Part shown: positions 50,052-63,400 of the stretch, one piece after another
How the letters are laid out: each line of letters starts with the position of its first letter
Position numbering within the stretch: position 1 is the stretch's first letter
Assembly (NCBI GenBank): GCA_002104905.1
Contig: MCFE01000081.1
Coordinates: 1-64,000 of the forward strand
From: Basidiobolus meristosporus CBS 931.73
Taxonomy: Eukaryota > Fungi > Basidiobolomycota
Reading direction: 5' to 3'
Length of the DNA: 64,000 nt
Notes under the pieces: generated by a model
Database searches by the model: none
The model's input: the letters and a program-made list of their open reading frames with translations, nothing else
What the model was told of the DNA's origin: nothing
Position numbers and translations under genes: made by a program

Positions 50052-53000
50052 TGTTGAAATATTGGACTATTTGGTATCATTCAGCAGCTAAAAAATTTAC
50101 TTAACAATTCTAGGCTAGTCTTAGTCACTGTAGGACTCATTTACTGCCTTAACTTTGCCACTTTCTCCAGATATATGATCTTATGATTATTCCCCTATAG
50201 TCAGGATCAAATTAGCACTATTACCAAACATTATGTACTAACCCTGAAACTGTTACAGAATGCTCCTGAATATTGAGAAACCCTCCCTACTTAGTGTTGC
50301 AGCTGTATTAATTCTACAAAGGTATAAATACTGAGCTTCTTTATGAACAAACTACAGTTCAACTATTATCACTATTTCTTGATAAGTTCCTTATATCCAA
50401 ATCACTTCTTAAATTGCAACAGGTTATGAGCCCTGGTTGCCTTAATCTACTCAAAAGATGATTTCTACCAGCAAACAAAGCAACACCAACATCTTCCCTG
50501 TAAAGGAGAGGTTTGATGGGAAGAACTACAGACTTTGGAGAATCAAGATGCAGATCCACCTTGAGGAAAGAAAGCTTTGGAACATAGTAACTGGAAAGGA
50601 AGTTGAGCCCAAAGGAATAGCAGAAGATGTGGAGAAGTTTCAAGAGAAGGAGAGAAAGGCCTTCAATGCAATATGCATCAATGTGAAAGACTCCTTCATT
50701 GGACAAATCCATGCCTCAAATACTGCCAAAGCAGCATGGGAATCCTTAGAGAAGATCTTTAGAGCAAAGTCAGTATCAAGCAAGCTTTATTTGAAACAAA
50801 AGTTCTTCAACATGAGAAAAAAGCCAGATGATGGCATGCTACAACTCATTACCAGAATGGAGACACTTGCAGAAGAACTTTATAGTATTAATACTGATGT
50901 AGATGATGAAGAAAAGATACTCTGTCTGCTTTGCAGCCTACCAGACAAGTATGAGCCACTCATACTTTCTTTTGAAAGCAGAGAAGACAACTTGACTTTA
51001 GACTATGTCAAAGGAAGACCTCTCCATGAAGAACTCAGACTTAATGATCAAGCAGAGAAAATTGAAGATAATGCTTTATTCAGTTCAGAAAGGCATACAG
51101 AAAAGAAGGGAAAGCAACAAAACCAAAGAAAACCTGGCTGCTGTAACTATTGTAAGAAGCCAGGACACTGGGCAAGAGAATGCAAGAAGAAACAAGCAGA
51201 CAAAAAACAGAAACTAGAGCAGGCAAACCTTATAACTACCGATGAACAGTTATTTGTCACTGTACAAGAGAGTGCAAGTAACCAAAGTAATGAATGGTAT
51301 ATTGACTCTGGAGCATCACAGCATATTTGTGATATAAAGGATTGGTTCAGCAACTTAAAGACTATTCCCGTAAGAAAGGTTTATCTGGGAGATAACTCTG
51401 CATTGGAAGCTACTGCCAGTAGGTCTATACAACTAAATATGAGTGATAACTCAGGGGCAACAACAGCAAAACTGACTGACGTACTCTATGTACCTGGAAT
51501 AGCTAAGAACCTACTCTCAGTCAGTAAAGCAACTACTCAGGGACTGATATTTGTTTTTACTAAGCTGAGCTGCTCAATATTGAGTGAAAATGGACAAAAA
51601 TTAGCTTTAGGAATCAGAGATCACAATATATACAAGTTACAATGCAAGATCATTGTACCTGAGTATGTCAACATTGCTGAAACTGATGAAACCAGCTGAG
51701 AGACGTGGCATAGGAGGCTAGGACACATAGGGGAACAGAAAACGAGCCAATTGGTGAAAAATCAGCTTGTTTTGGGCCTAAAATACTCAATTCCAACCAA
51801 ATTGAATGTTTGTAAGGGATGTTCATATGGCAAACAAGCTAGGCAACGTTTCAAGAGCTCAGAAGGCACCAATACCACCAAAATATTGGCTATTGTACAC
51901 CTAGACATATGTGGCCCCATGAGAACACTGTCCTTTGGAGCCAAGAGATACTTTATGACGCTTATTGATGACAAGACAAGATATACATGGGTGTACTTCC
52001 TCAAAGCAAAGGATAGAGCTTTAGAGACATTTAAGCACTTCAAGAACATGGCAGAAACACAAACTGGGTGTAAATTGAAGGTACTACAAAGTGACAATGG
52101 AGGTGAATACTGCTCAAAGGAGTTTGCAAAATACTGCTTGTCTACTGGTATACTTCAACAGACCACAGTTCCTCATACTCCACAGCAAAATGGAGTAGCA
52201 GAACGTGCAAATAGAACAATAGTAGAGATGGGAAGATCTATGCTACATGATAAGGAAATGGACTACAAGTTTTGGGCTGAATCTTTTGCTACCACTGTAT
52301 ATATCAAGAAAAGATGCCCAACAACAGCACTACGTGATTCTACACTCTTGGAAGCATATACAGACAAAAAACCAGATCTCCTGCACCTCAGGATCTTTGG
52401 CAGTGATGTTTTTTATCACATCCCTGACAAAAAACGCTCAAAGTTGGAACCAAAGAGTAGAAAAGGGATCTTTCTTGGGTATTGTGAAGATACTAAAGGG
52501 TATAGAGTGTATGATGGCAAAATTCAGAAGCTGATCAAGAGCAGGGACGTTGTATTTGAGGAGAATTCAGATCAGAAAGCCACAGAAATCATTGGCCAGC
52601 TGCCTGATGATGCAATCCACACAAATGAAGAAGATACGTACCAAATCCAGCCAGAGATGGAAGATACTTCTACCAGTTCCAGATCAGAACAGATTATCCC
52701 AGTTAGGAGATCTACCAGAATAAGAAATGCCCCTGGATTCTGGTGGCAGACATCCAATGATCATGAAGAAGCTTATCTTGCCTTATGTGCCAAACCTCAG
52801 AATCTGGAACAGGCAATGCAAGGTCCAAATGCTACTAAGTGGCAACAAGCCATGCAGGAGGAGTACCAATCACTGATCAAAGCAAAAACGTGGGAACTGG
52901 TAGATTTACCAAATGGGAGAAAGCCAATAGGATGTAGATGGGTCTACAAGATCAAGATAACCTCAAATGGTGCCGTTGATAAGTACAAGGCTAGATTAGT

Positions 53001-54483
53001 AGCTAAAGGCTCTTCCCAGATCCAGGGACTAGACTTTAAGGAAACATTTGCTCTGGTTGCCAAGTTTAACTCTATTAGGACAGTTCTAGCCCTGGCAGCT
53101 GTACACAGTGTAGATCTACACCAAATGAACGTCAAAACAGCCTTTCTAAATGGGGATTTGCAAGAAACTATATATATCAAGCAACCAGAAGGTTTTACCG
53201 ATTCAAAAGGCCCCCATAAGGTGTGCAAACTTAGAAAATTGTTGTATGGGCTTAAGCAGGCACCCAGAGCACGGTATAACAAGATTGACACATATCTAGA
53301 GGAAATTGGGTTCTCTTGTAGCATTGCAGACCACAGTATACATGTGAAACAGCTCAAAAAGGGTGTGATCATCCTAGTTCTTTATGTGGATGACCTAATT
53401 ATAGCTACAAGTGATCAAGAGGCACTTAAACAGACGAAATCAGATCTCTTCAGCAAGTTTGAGATGAAAGATCTTGGAAAATTGAGCTATTTTCTTGGAA
53501 TTGAGATCAAATTTGACATACCTACGCAGAAAATTGTGCTGAATCAGTCTAAGTACATCAGGGACACTCTTAGACGCTTCAAAATGGAAAATTGCAAGCC
53601 TGCAGCAACCCCTATGGACAATAACCTGAAATTAAGTAAATCTCAGCCAGTTATAGATGAAAACAGCTCAAATATGGACCAAAACTTTCCCTATCAATCA
53701 ATGGTTGGTAGCCTAATGTACTTGATGGTGTCTACATGTCCAGATATTGCAGTAGCAGTTGGAATAGTTAGTCAAGACATGCAGAATTATGGATCAGATC
53801 AAATTGCAGCAGTTAAGCGGATTTTCAGATATCTACAAGGTACCATAAATATGGTACCGGAATACTCTGGAGCAGCTAATAGGCAAATTTGATGGTTATA
53901 GTGATTCAGATTGGGGTAGGGATCTGATTGACAGACGCTCTACCTACCACAGGCTATGTATTTCTTTATGCTGGTGCAGCTATTACTTGGAATTGCAAGA
54001 AACAACCAACTGTGGCACTATCTACAACTGAAGCCAAATATGTGGCTGCATGTCAAGCAACTAAGGAGGCTATATGGCTACAAAAATTATTCAAAGACTT
54101 AGGTTTTAATTCAGGTGAACCAACATGTATTTACAAGGATAATCAAAGTTGTATTTCATTAGCTAGAAATCCTACTAATCACACCAGAACTAAGCACATT
54201 GATACACAGCATCACTTTGTGAGGGAAGCTGTAGAAAATAACTTAGTGGAGCTGGTTTACTGCCTAACTGACAAAATGGTGGCAGACATATTGACAAAAC
54301 CAATAGCTAGGCCACAGTTTGAGATTCTTAGAGAGAAATTGGGATTAAGAAATTATTTAGTTGAGGGGGAGTGTTGAAATATTGGACTATTTGGTATCAT
54401 TCAGCAGCTGAAAATTTACTTAACAATTCTAAGCTAGTCTTAGTCACTGTAGGACTCATTTACTGCCTTAACTTTGCCACTTT
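50052..54483 (+). mobile_element. Ty1/copia element family C2, copy 1: 5' LTR 50052-50421, PBS, gag-pol, PPT, truncated 3' LTR 54372-54483
   Basis: PBS ggttatgagccct; CNYCKKPGHWAREC; WYIDSGASQH; WHRRLGH; DNGGEY and NGVAER; KARLVAKG, YGLKQAP and YVDD; RNase H ALSTTEAKY and KHID; PPT tgagggggag. One stop at 51697-51699 and frameshifts near 53885 and 53945. Confidence 0.97.
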
Positions 54484-55899
54484 TTGACCAAGTTTTTTAT
54501 GAGATCTGGGTTGCAGTTATTTCTTGATGGTCTTTGCATGGTGTCCTGATGGTATTGATACCTAATAGTCATGGGGCCCAGATTCTGTGACAACCTTTTG
54601 ACAGGATCATCACAATAGTTTTCATAGGGTGCTCTATTGATTTTGGTCTCCATACTGGACACATTCAGACAAGGATGCATGTAATCAACTGCTGAGCCCT
54701 CCTGGCTTGTTGCATGCTTACCTTTGATAGGTATCACATTGGTTGAGATATATTCAGACCTGGTACAAGCTGCAAGAGAACCAGAAGTAGAATTCCCAAT
54801 CAAAGAACTTCTCTGAGAAATCTGCAAATATCTCAAACCATATTTCCAAGAAGGAACCAACCTGGAGAATTTATATGAACAGATTAAATACATCAGCCAG
54901 TTGGCCTGTGCAATCCACCAAGTTGCTGTGTTACAACTGTAACAGTGGTTCAGTATAGGACAACTCAGGAGCCAGAATAAAGTCCAACTCCAAGAAACCA
55001 AAGAAACCACCCCAAACTCTGTTGAAACAATGAGTGAAGTACAAAAATGCCTTGATTGAGCCACAGTCTCCACAGTATTACTACAATACATCTCAGAGCA
55101 AGCAAGAACTTGTTATTGACATTGGATGACTGCCAACCAGTGTATGCTCTCTTCAAAGAGCGCATGGTGTCATATTGAATGTGAAAGAGACAAGCCTCAA
55201 CAACATTTGGAAGATAATGAAGGAAGACTTCATTGCGTTATTGCATCTCTTCTTGTTCTCCAATCCACCTAAGGAACTAACCTAGAGCCCTATAGCTAGC
55301 CAATTATTTGGGCTCCATGGAAAACATCCCTCAAATAATCCAAGCCACACCCCACTCAGCCGCCAAATGGTATCAGGTACACACTCACAATCCCTATGTA
55401 AGGTACAACCAGCAATGGTACTATGGTGACTCCGCATGCTCTGTAAACAAAATCAACCTTGGAGTGGCAAGTCAGTCATAGAACTTCAAGGACAAAGCTC
55501 CATCTTTACCCCTGGGATATGTGAGTACTAAATGTAGTACAAGTCTTTGCCCTAGAGTCCCCCTAGAGTCCTACCTGAAGTCTCCCTAATATCCTCCCTA
55601 TGAGTCCTTTGTATATCCTTCCTCCTGTTCTGGTCCTTACCTAATTTGAATTCTTACAATAACAGAAAGGTGCTCATACCCCTATTTTATAACACATTGT
55701 TAATTACACAAGCTCCTCTCTGTGAGATATATATATTCAATTGACACAAGTTGAAGGGGACAAACTTTCAATGTAGTGAACATAAGTCTTGGTTGCCTGC
55801 TACCTTCCATTGGAAGCTATTCTGAGCCAAGTGGTACTGACTTGACCTACACGCTCTCCCAACTATCAAGTACAGTCAGTAATAAGCCATGCAGTCAAC

Positions 55900-57158
55900 T
55901 TATCTCTCTCCACATTCACATAGCTAGTAGCTCTTCAGGAGGGTCCAATTTGCAAGATCACTTTGTATATATAGTGACAGCATGATCTCTTTGATGCTGT
56001 AGGGGGGTTTCTTGCTAGTCACCATGGCCTCAGGTACTTAATAGGCTCTGCAGAGAAGCTCCCACCTCTTGATGAAAGCTTTAACCTGGATTCCATTCAG
56101 GTAAGGTGTCCCTTGCATACCTGGTAAAGGTAGATTCATAGTCTTGATAAGATCTCTTACTTGAGTCTGCTAGGGGCAGTTCTGTCAAGCCCTCCCCCAT
56201 GTTGGGTGCCAAATATGAGGTAGTATAGAGGTACTCATGGGAGAAGCTACACATATTAAGTTGTGTGAGGCATCAGATGGGTGCAATAGCCTCTAGGTAT
56301 AAATATATGGTGTCTTTGTCAAAATGTCACTATGGTAAAAGCTCCTACTTCTGTAGCTTTCTAGGTGTTTCAAGTATATCCAAAGGCTTTGTATGTCTTG
56401 TGCACTACCCTGCAAAGCTCCTTGATGGCAGGTATGATGTGTAACTGTTGAAGGTAGGTGCAGTGATCAACTACTAATCAATAAGGGAGAGTTGTTATTG
56501 GTAGAAGGGATGATTTATTGATTAGTGATTGACTTCCCTTAAATACGTTTCCTGATTGCCAAGTGATTACTAATGACAATGTTATAGAAGATTCCAGACA
56601 TCAGTGCTATTCTTGAAGACATCACTACAAGCTAAAAATATGCCAGGAATGTCCTGGAAGGTTCTAAAAGGCACAGCACATCCAATCAATCAGGGATCAG
56701 TAGTTGGAAACCTGTGCAACATAGAAATGCCATATATGGTATTGTAGAGTACCAGATGGCATCACTGTATGCCAAAAACTTTCTAAGAAGGTTCAGGAAG
56801 GTTCTAAAAGGCTTAACATATCCAACCATTGAGGGATCAGTAGTCTGAAATCTGTATAGCATAGAGATATCATGTATGACATTAAGATATTAGGGATGGT
56901 TATACAGACTTAGATCATGTGTCACAGGTACTGATATGCGTACTTGCCTAATGTAATTACTTGTACTGATCACAAAGCTGAATAACATCTGGGAAAACTA
57001 ATCCTAATAGCTATTCAGGGTAAACATCAAATGAGGATAATGCTAATAACATGGGCAAAGCGGAATATGATAATGTTGTTAAGATAAAATATGGATAAGT
57101 GCACCACATTTTCTATGTAGATAACCTTATCTGTGGGAGGTATGTTTACCCTACCACA
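55900..57158 (-). mobile_element. 5' end of a gypsy-type element (family L2): LTR 56216-57158, tRNA-Lys-type PBS 56194-56211, gag remnant
   Basis: LTR homologous to 34241-35043 with an internal ~130-bp duplication. PBS tggcacccaacatgggg equals TGGCGCCCAACGTGGGG with two CpG-to-CpA changes. Gag-like PGMQGTPYLNGIQVKAFIKRWELLCR follows. Confidence 0.75.
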
Positions 57159-57649
57159 CTGTACAGTCATTGAAGCACTACAGCAGTGCACAAAGATAAA
57201 GCCCACAAAGAAACCTTTCAGTATGGGAGGAAGACACTGTGGTGCCCTATGAGAAATTATTGTGATGATCCTGTCAAAAAGCCATCACATATTCTAAGTC
57301 TTGTGACTATTAGGTATTGATTCCATCAAGACACTGCTCAGAGACCATCAAAAAATAATTGCACCCCAGATATCATGCAAAACCTGGTCAAACTTCTTCA
57401 TCACAAAAGTACAAAAGTGGCTTCTGATTGATTCTCTGCCAATTTTCTCACTTTCCAACACCAGAGACTCAGTCACCTCCTACATTGGTGTACATTGATT
57501 GGCTATTGCTTCCTTTTTGCACTCCTTATTACCTGACTCAACCATTTCTCTTATTTTTCATGCATTGAAATTGATTTATTCCTGTTGAAACTTCAGTTGT
57601 ACCTCAGTTGATAATGTATTGAACTATTCAATTCCCTATAACCTACACC

Positions 57650-60413
57650 AACAATTAGCCCAACCTCACACTCAACAAGTAACTCCATTAAGATCCACCA
57701 CTCATTAAGTATTTCTGCTGTAATGCTCTGTTTCTACATACTTGGCAGGAGCTCTGCAGCTTTATGACATTGTTTATTCACTAGTTCCAATACATCCTGG
57801 TCTTCAGCCAGCTCTACAAAGTTTAGCTCCTCATCTGCCAGTCTTTGCAATAAGTCCTTGCAGTATCCAGGTGCATTTTCTTGATCACTGCTTTTGAAGA
57901 AATGCTGCAACCACTTGGTGTGCCTATTAATGTTTCTAAATTCCACTATAGGCAAAGTGATAGTCTTTTGAGTTCTTGATATTGCCACTTTGTCTGTCAG
58001 TGAGATCTCCACTCTGTCAGCAATGGAGGATGAGGAGGCTCTGGTGGATGAAATGCCTTTCTCTGCAAACTCATCTAGCTTACTGAAGTGTAGCTCAACT
58101 GGCTGTGCTTCCAACTCTTATGAAAACAGCTGTTTTCTTGTTGGTAATTCTTCTTAGCTATGATGGTGTTCAGTCTGTTTCAGGCTTACAGTGTTAATTG
58201 GCAAGAACTGCAGCTTTTCTCTTATGCTCCCTGTTGCTGGCTTAGGTAGACTTTTTTCCCTTTACCTTTTCCTTTATCACAGTCAGGTCTTTCACTGCTT
58301 CATTGTCTGAATGCTTCTTGTATTAAATTATGTTTTTTCCATAATGAATGCTGCTCTAATGTATCTGTTTTGGCCTGCTTGTTCCTTGCTTGCACTCTGC
58401 TGGCAACCCAACACCTCTTTCCTGCTTGATTTGAGCTCTCAGCCTGTGCTGTGACAGGCTCCTGAGGTGGCCACTTGCTTCCATCATTGCCAGGTCCCTT
58501 ACTGCTACTTTAACTGGGTTCTTCTCAGGTAAACCTACACTTTTTCCTTTGTAAATGTTGTGCTGGTGCATATGTGTCTGCCTGCTTTTCTCTTATTTGC
58601 ACTCTTCCTGCTACCTGATGCCTCTTTGATGCTTGATAGGAGCTTTTGGCCCTGCTTGTAATGGGCTCTCAAGGAAGCCACTAGTCTTGGCCATTGCACC
58701 CATGTTCTTCTGCCTTTAATAGTCTCAGCTATTTTTGAGATAGTTTCCTTACATACCTATACTGGCCAAAAAACAGTGTGCTGGTTTCAATTGCAAATAA
58801 TGCTCAAGTAGATAGTTAGGCACATTCTGCATGGCCATGAGTTCCTGATGGTCCCATTATATGCTGGCCTTGAGGTGTTGGCATGCTGGACTTCTAACAG
58901 CCTATTGAATATGAGGCCATTCTTCATCATTGCACTCTGCACTTCACAGATCTTCAATATCTTTTGATTCTTAGATGTTGGTATAAACACCACATTTGTG
59001 CCCTTCTATGGTGTGAGAGGTTCTCTGCAGGCATTATCATTGGGCACTATTGATGTGCCTCAAAGACTCTACAATATTCCTTGACTGTTACATTGAGAAA
59101 TGGCTCAATTCTTGGCAATGATGTTGAGCTACTTGAGTTCCTTCTTTGCAGCAAAGATACTGCTTTTCTAGCTAGGATATTGATTGCTTTACACCTTTTG
59201 TCCCCTCATCCTGTTTCTGGACTATTTCCTGATTTCCCTGGGTCATTGCATCTACCCTATCAGCCACTGCACCCAATTACCTCATTAATGCTTTGGTATG
59301 CACTGACAACATACTTGCTAATATATGTGGTGGTGATGTTATGACAGCCACTTGCTGGTCTTCAACTGAAGGTACTGCTTTTGCTACATTCTCATTGGCC
59401 TCAGCAATATGGTCAGCTTGTAGCTCCACAGATATTCCCAGCTGCCTACTTGACTGAGAACCTGAGGAGCCCACATTGTTCCCTTCAGTGGGCACACTGT
59501 CCATAGGGCCTTTTTTGGTTGTAGCTGTGCTTGTTGCACTATATGTCAAAGCAAGCTGTTGTCCAACTGTTATTCTGCGGCAGCCAGCAGGGGGTTTGGT
59601 TGGGAACTTGACAACTTGGCTTTATTTTTTGACAGCATATATGTGGAAGGGAGTAAAACCAAAGGTGGAATTGTGTTACATAGACACATGTATGTGGTAC
59701 CACAACTTTATTTGTAATGCCTACTATGGTGAGTCATCATTGAGTTTTACATTCATGTAGGTGCAATATTTCAAATACAAGACTGTCTCAAACTGACATA
59801 AGTACTGACAGAAAGTGAAATAATAGTATTATGTAGTTGAGTGTCAAACTGTTTGCCCCATGGACTAGACTAGTTTGATACAATGCTGTAAGAGAAGAAA
59901 AAAAGACCATCCATGAAGCATGCGGACAGTATAGGAAGTATTACAACAGTTACCGCCAGTATTTTGTCACACAAGTCATGTTTGATCATTCACCTGTCAC
60001 TACAGTGCCAATAATATCTTGCTGGCTACTTGATACTTCACTCACAGCATCTGGCTGTACTTGTCACCTTGCGCAAGCCAAGTCAGGAGAGTTTGTGATG
60101 CATTTAGGCTTACCCCAGCCTTCTCTATATGGCATACAGAGTGATAGCTCTGAAGAAGCAGGCTCACTGATGGATTGTGAGCCTATCTTCCCAACACCAG
60201 TACCATGCATGAGCCCAGCAAAATCCCATATGCAATGAGACAACACTCATGGAAAAAAATACCAAGGGTACTTCATGGAATTAAGTGAGCCCAGTAATCA
60301 ATTTACTGGTGAATGATGTGATGTTGTGGCTAGACGAGTGGAGTGATTCCACCAATGCCATTAATGGGGGCTTTGAGGATTTACTACTACTTTTTGCTAA
60401 AACCATCCTGGGA
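57650..60413. mobile_element. CACTA-like remnant: accessory ORF (minus, ~57700-59640) head-to-head with transposase N-terminus (plus, from ~59840), cut by copia
   Basis: 57650-59830 aligns with 26150-28330; 59760-60050 aligns with the reverse complement of 36320-36660. Confidence 0.6.
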
Positions 60414-63400
60414 TGTATTGCAATTTAAGAAGTGATTTGGATATAAGGGACTTATCAAGAAATAGTGCTAATAGTTGAACTGTTGTTTATTCATAAAGAA
60501 GCTCAGTATTTATACCTTTGTAGAGGTAATACAGCTGCAACACTAAGTAGGGAGGGTTTCTCAATATTCAGGAGCATTCTGTAACAGTTTCAGGGTTAGT
60601 ACATAATGTTTGGTAATAGTGCTAATTTAATCCTGACTATAGGGGAATAATCATAAGATCATATATCTAGAGAAAGTGGCAAAGTTAAGGCAGTAAATGA
60701 GTCCTACAGTGACTAAGACTAGCCTAGAATTGTTAAGTAAATTTTTTAGCTGCTGAATGATACCAAATAGTCCAATATTTCAACACTCCCCCTCAACTAA
60801 ATAATTTCTTAATTCCAATTTCTCACTAAGGATCTCAAACTGTGGCCTAGCTAGTGGTTTTGTCAATATGTCTGCCACCATTTTGTCAGTTAGGCAGTAA
60901 ACCAGCTCCACTAAGTTATTTTCTACAGCTTCCCTCACAAAGTGATGCTGTGTATCAATGTGCTTAGTTCTGGTGTGATTAGTAGGATTTCTAGCTAATG
61001 AAATACAACTTTGATTATCCTTGTAAATACATGTTGGTTCACCTGAATTAAAACCTAAGTCTTTGAATAATTTTTGTAGCCATATAGCCTCCTTAGTTGC
61101 TTGACATGCAGCCATATATTTGGCTTCAGTTGTAGATAGTGCCACAGTTGGTTGTTTCTTGCAATTCCAAGTAATAGCTGCACCAACATAAAGAAATACA
61201 TAGCCTGTGGTAGGTAGAGCGTCTGTCAATCAGATCCCTACCCCAATCTGAATCACTATAACCATCTAATTTTTGCCTATTAGCTGCTCCAGAGTATTCC
61301 AGTACCATATTTATGGTACCTTGTAGATATCTGAAAATCCGCTTAACTGCTGCAATTTGATCTGGTCCATAATTCTGCATGAATTGACTGACTATTCAAA
61401 CTGCTACTGTAATATCTGGACGTGTTGACACCATCAAGTACATTAGGCTACCAACCATTGATTGATAGGGAAAGTTTTGGTCCATATTTGAGCCATTTTC
61501 ATCTATAACTGGCTGAGATTTGCTTAATTTCAGGTTATTGTCTATAGGGGTTGCTGCAGGCTTGCAATTTTCCATTTTGAAGCGTCTAAGAATGTCCCTG
61601 ATGTACTTAGACTGATTCAGCACAATTTTCTGCGTAGGTATGTCAAATTTGACCTCAATTCGAGAAAATAGCTCAATTTTCCATGATCTTTCATCTCAAA
61701 CTTGCTGAAGAGATCTGATTTTGTCTGTTTAAGTGCCTCTTGATCACTTGTAGCTATAATTAGGTTGTCCACATAAAGAACTAGGATGATCACACCCTTT
61801 TTGAGCTGTTTCACACATATACTGTGATCTGCAGTGCTACAAGAGAACCCAATTTCCTCTAGATATGTGACAATCTTGTTATACCATGCTCTGGGTGCCT
61901 GCTTAAGCCCATACAACAATTTTCTAAGTTTGCACACCTTATGGGGGCCTTTTGGATCGGTAAAACCTTCTGGTTGCTCCATATATATAGTTTCTTGCAA
62001 ATCCCCATTTAGAAAGGCTGTTTTGACGTCCATTTGGTGTAGATCTACACTGTGTACAGCTGCCAGGGCTAGAACTTTCCTAATAGGGTTAAACTTGGCA
62101 ACCGGAGCAAATGTTTCCTTAAAGTCTAGTCCCTGGATCTGGGAATAGCCTTTAGCTACCAATCTAGCCTTGTACTTATCAATGGCACCATTTGAGGTTA
62201 TCTTGATCTTGTAGACCCATCTACATTCTATTGGCTTTCTCCCATTTGGTAAATCTACCAGTTCCCACGTTTTTGCTTTGATCAGTGATTGGTACTCCTC
62301 CTGCATGGCTTGTTGCCACTTAGTAGCATCTGGACCTTGCATTGCCTGTTCCAGATTCTGAGGTTTGGCACATAAGGCAAGATAAGCTTCTTCATGATCA
62401 TTGGATGTCTGCCACCAGAATCCAGGGGCATTTCTTATTCTGGTAGATCTCCTAACTGGGATAATCTGTTCTGATCTGGAACTGGTAGAAGTATCTTCCA
62501 TCTCTGGCTGGATTTGGTATGTATCTTCTTCATTTGTGTTGATTGCATCATCAGGCAGCTGGCCAATGATTTCTGTGGCTTTCTGATCTGAATTCTCCTG
62601 AAATACAACATCCCTGCTCTTGATCAGCTTCTGATTTTTGCCATCATACACTCTATACCCTTTAGTATCTTCACAATACCCAAGAAAGATTCCTTTTCTA
62701 CTCTTTGGTTCCAACTTTGAGCGTTTTTTGTCAGGGATGTGATAAAAAACATCACTGCCAAAGATCCTGAGGTGCTGGAGATCTGGTTTTTTGCCTGTAT
62801 ATGCTTCAAAGTGTGTAGAATCACATAGGGCTGTTGTTGGGCATCTGTTCTTGATGTATACAGCGGTAGCAACAGATTCAGCCCAAAACTTGTAGTCCAT
62901 TCCCTTATCATGTAGCATAGATCTTCCCATCTCTACTATTGTTCTATTTGCACATTCTGCTACTCCATTTTGCTGTGGAGTATGAGGAACTGTGGTCTGT
63001 TGGAGTATACCAGTAGACAAGCAGTATTTTGCAAACTCCTTTGAGCAGTATTCTCCTCCATTGTCACTTCGTAGTACCTTCAATTTACACCCAGTTTGTG
63101 TCTCTGCCATGTTCTTGAAGTGCTTAAACGTCTCTAAAGCTTCATCCTTTGTTTTGAGGAAGTACACCCATGTATATCTTGTCTTGTCATCAATAAACGT
63201 CATAAAGTATCTCTTGGCTCCAAAGGACAGTGTTCTCATGGGGCCACATATGTCTGAGTGTAAAATAGCCAATATTTTGGTGGTATTGATGCCTTCTGAG
63301 CTCTTGAAACGTTGCCTAGCTTGTTTGCCATATGAACATCCCTTACAAACATTCAATTTGATTGGAATTGAGTATTTTAGGCCCAAAACAAGCTGATTTT

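Noticed and set aside
54468-55091. 207-aa minus-strand ORF
   Set aside because: No domain signal; the opposite strand looks more protein-like, so this is probably a chance open frame.
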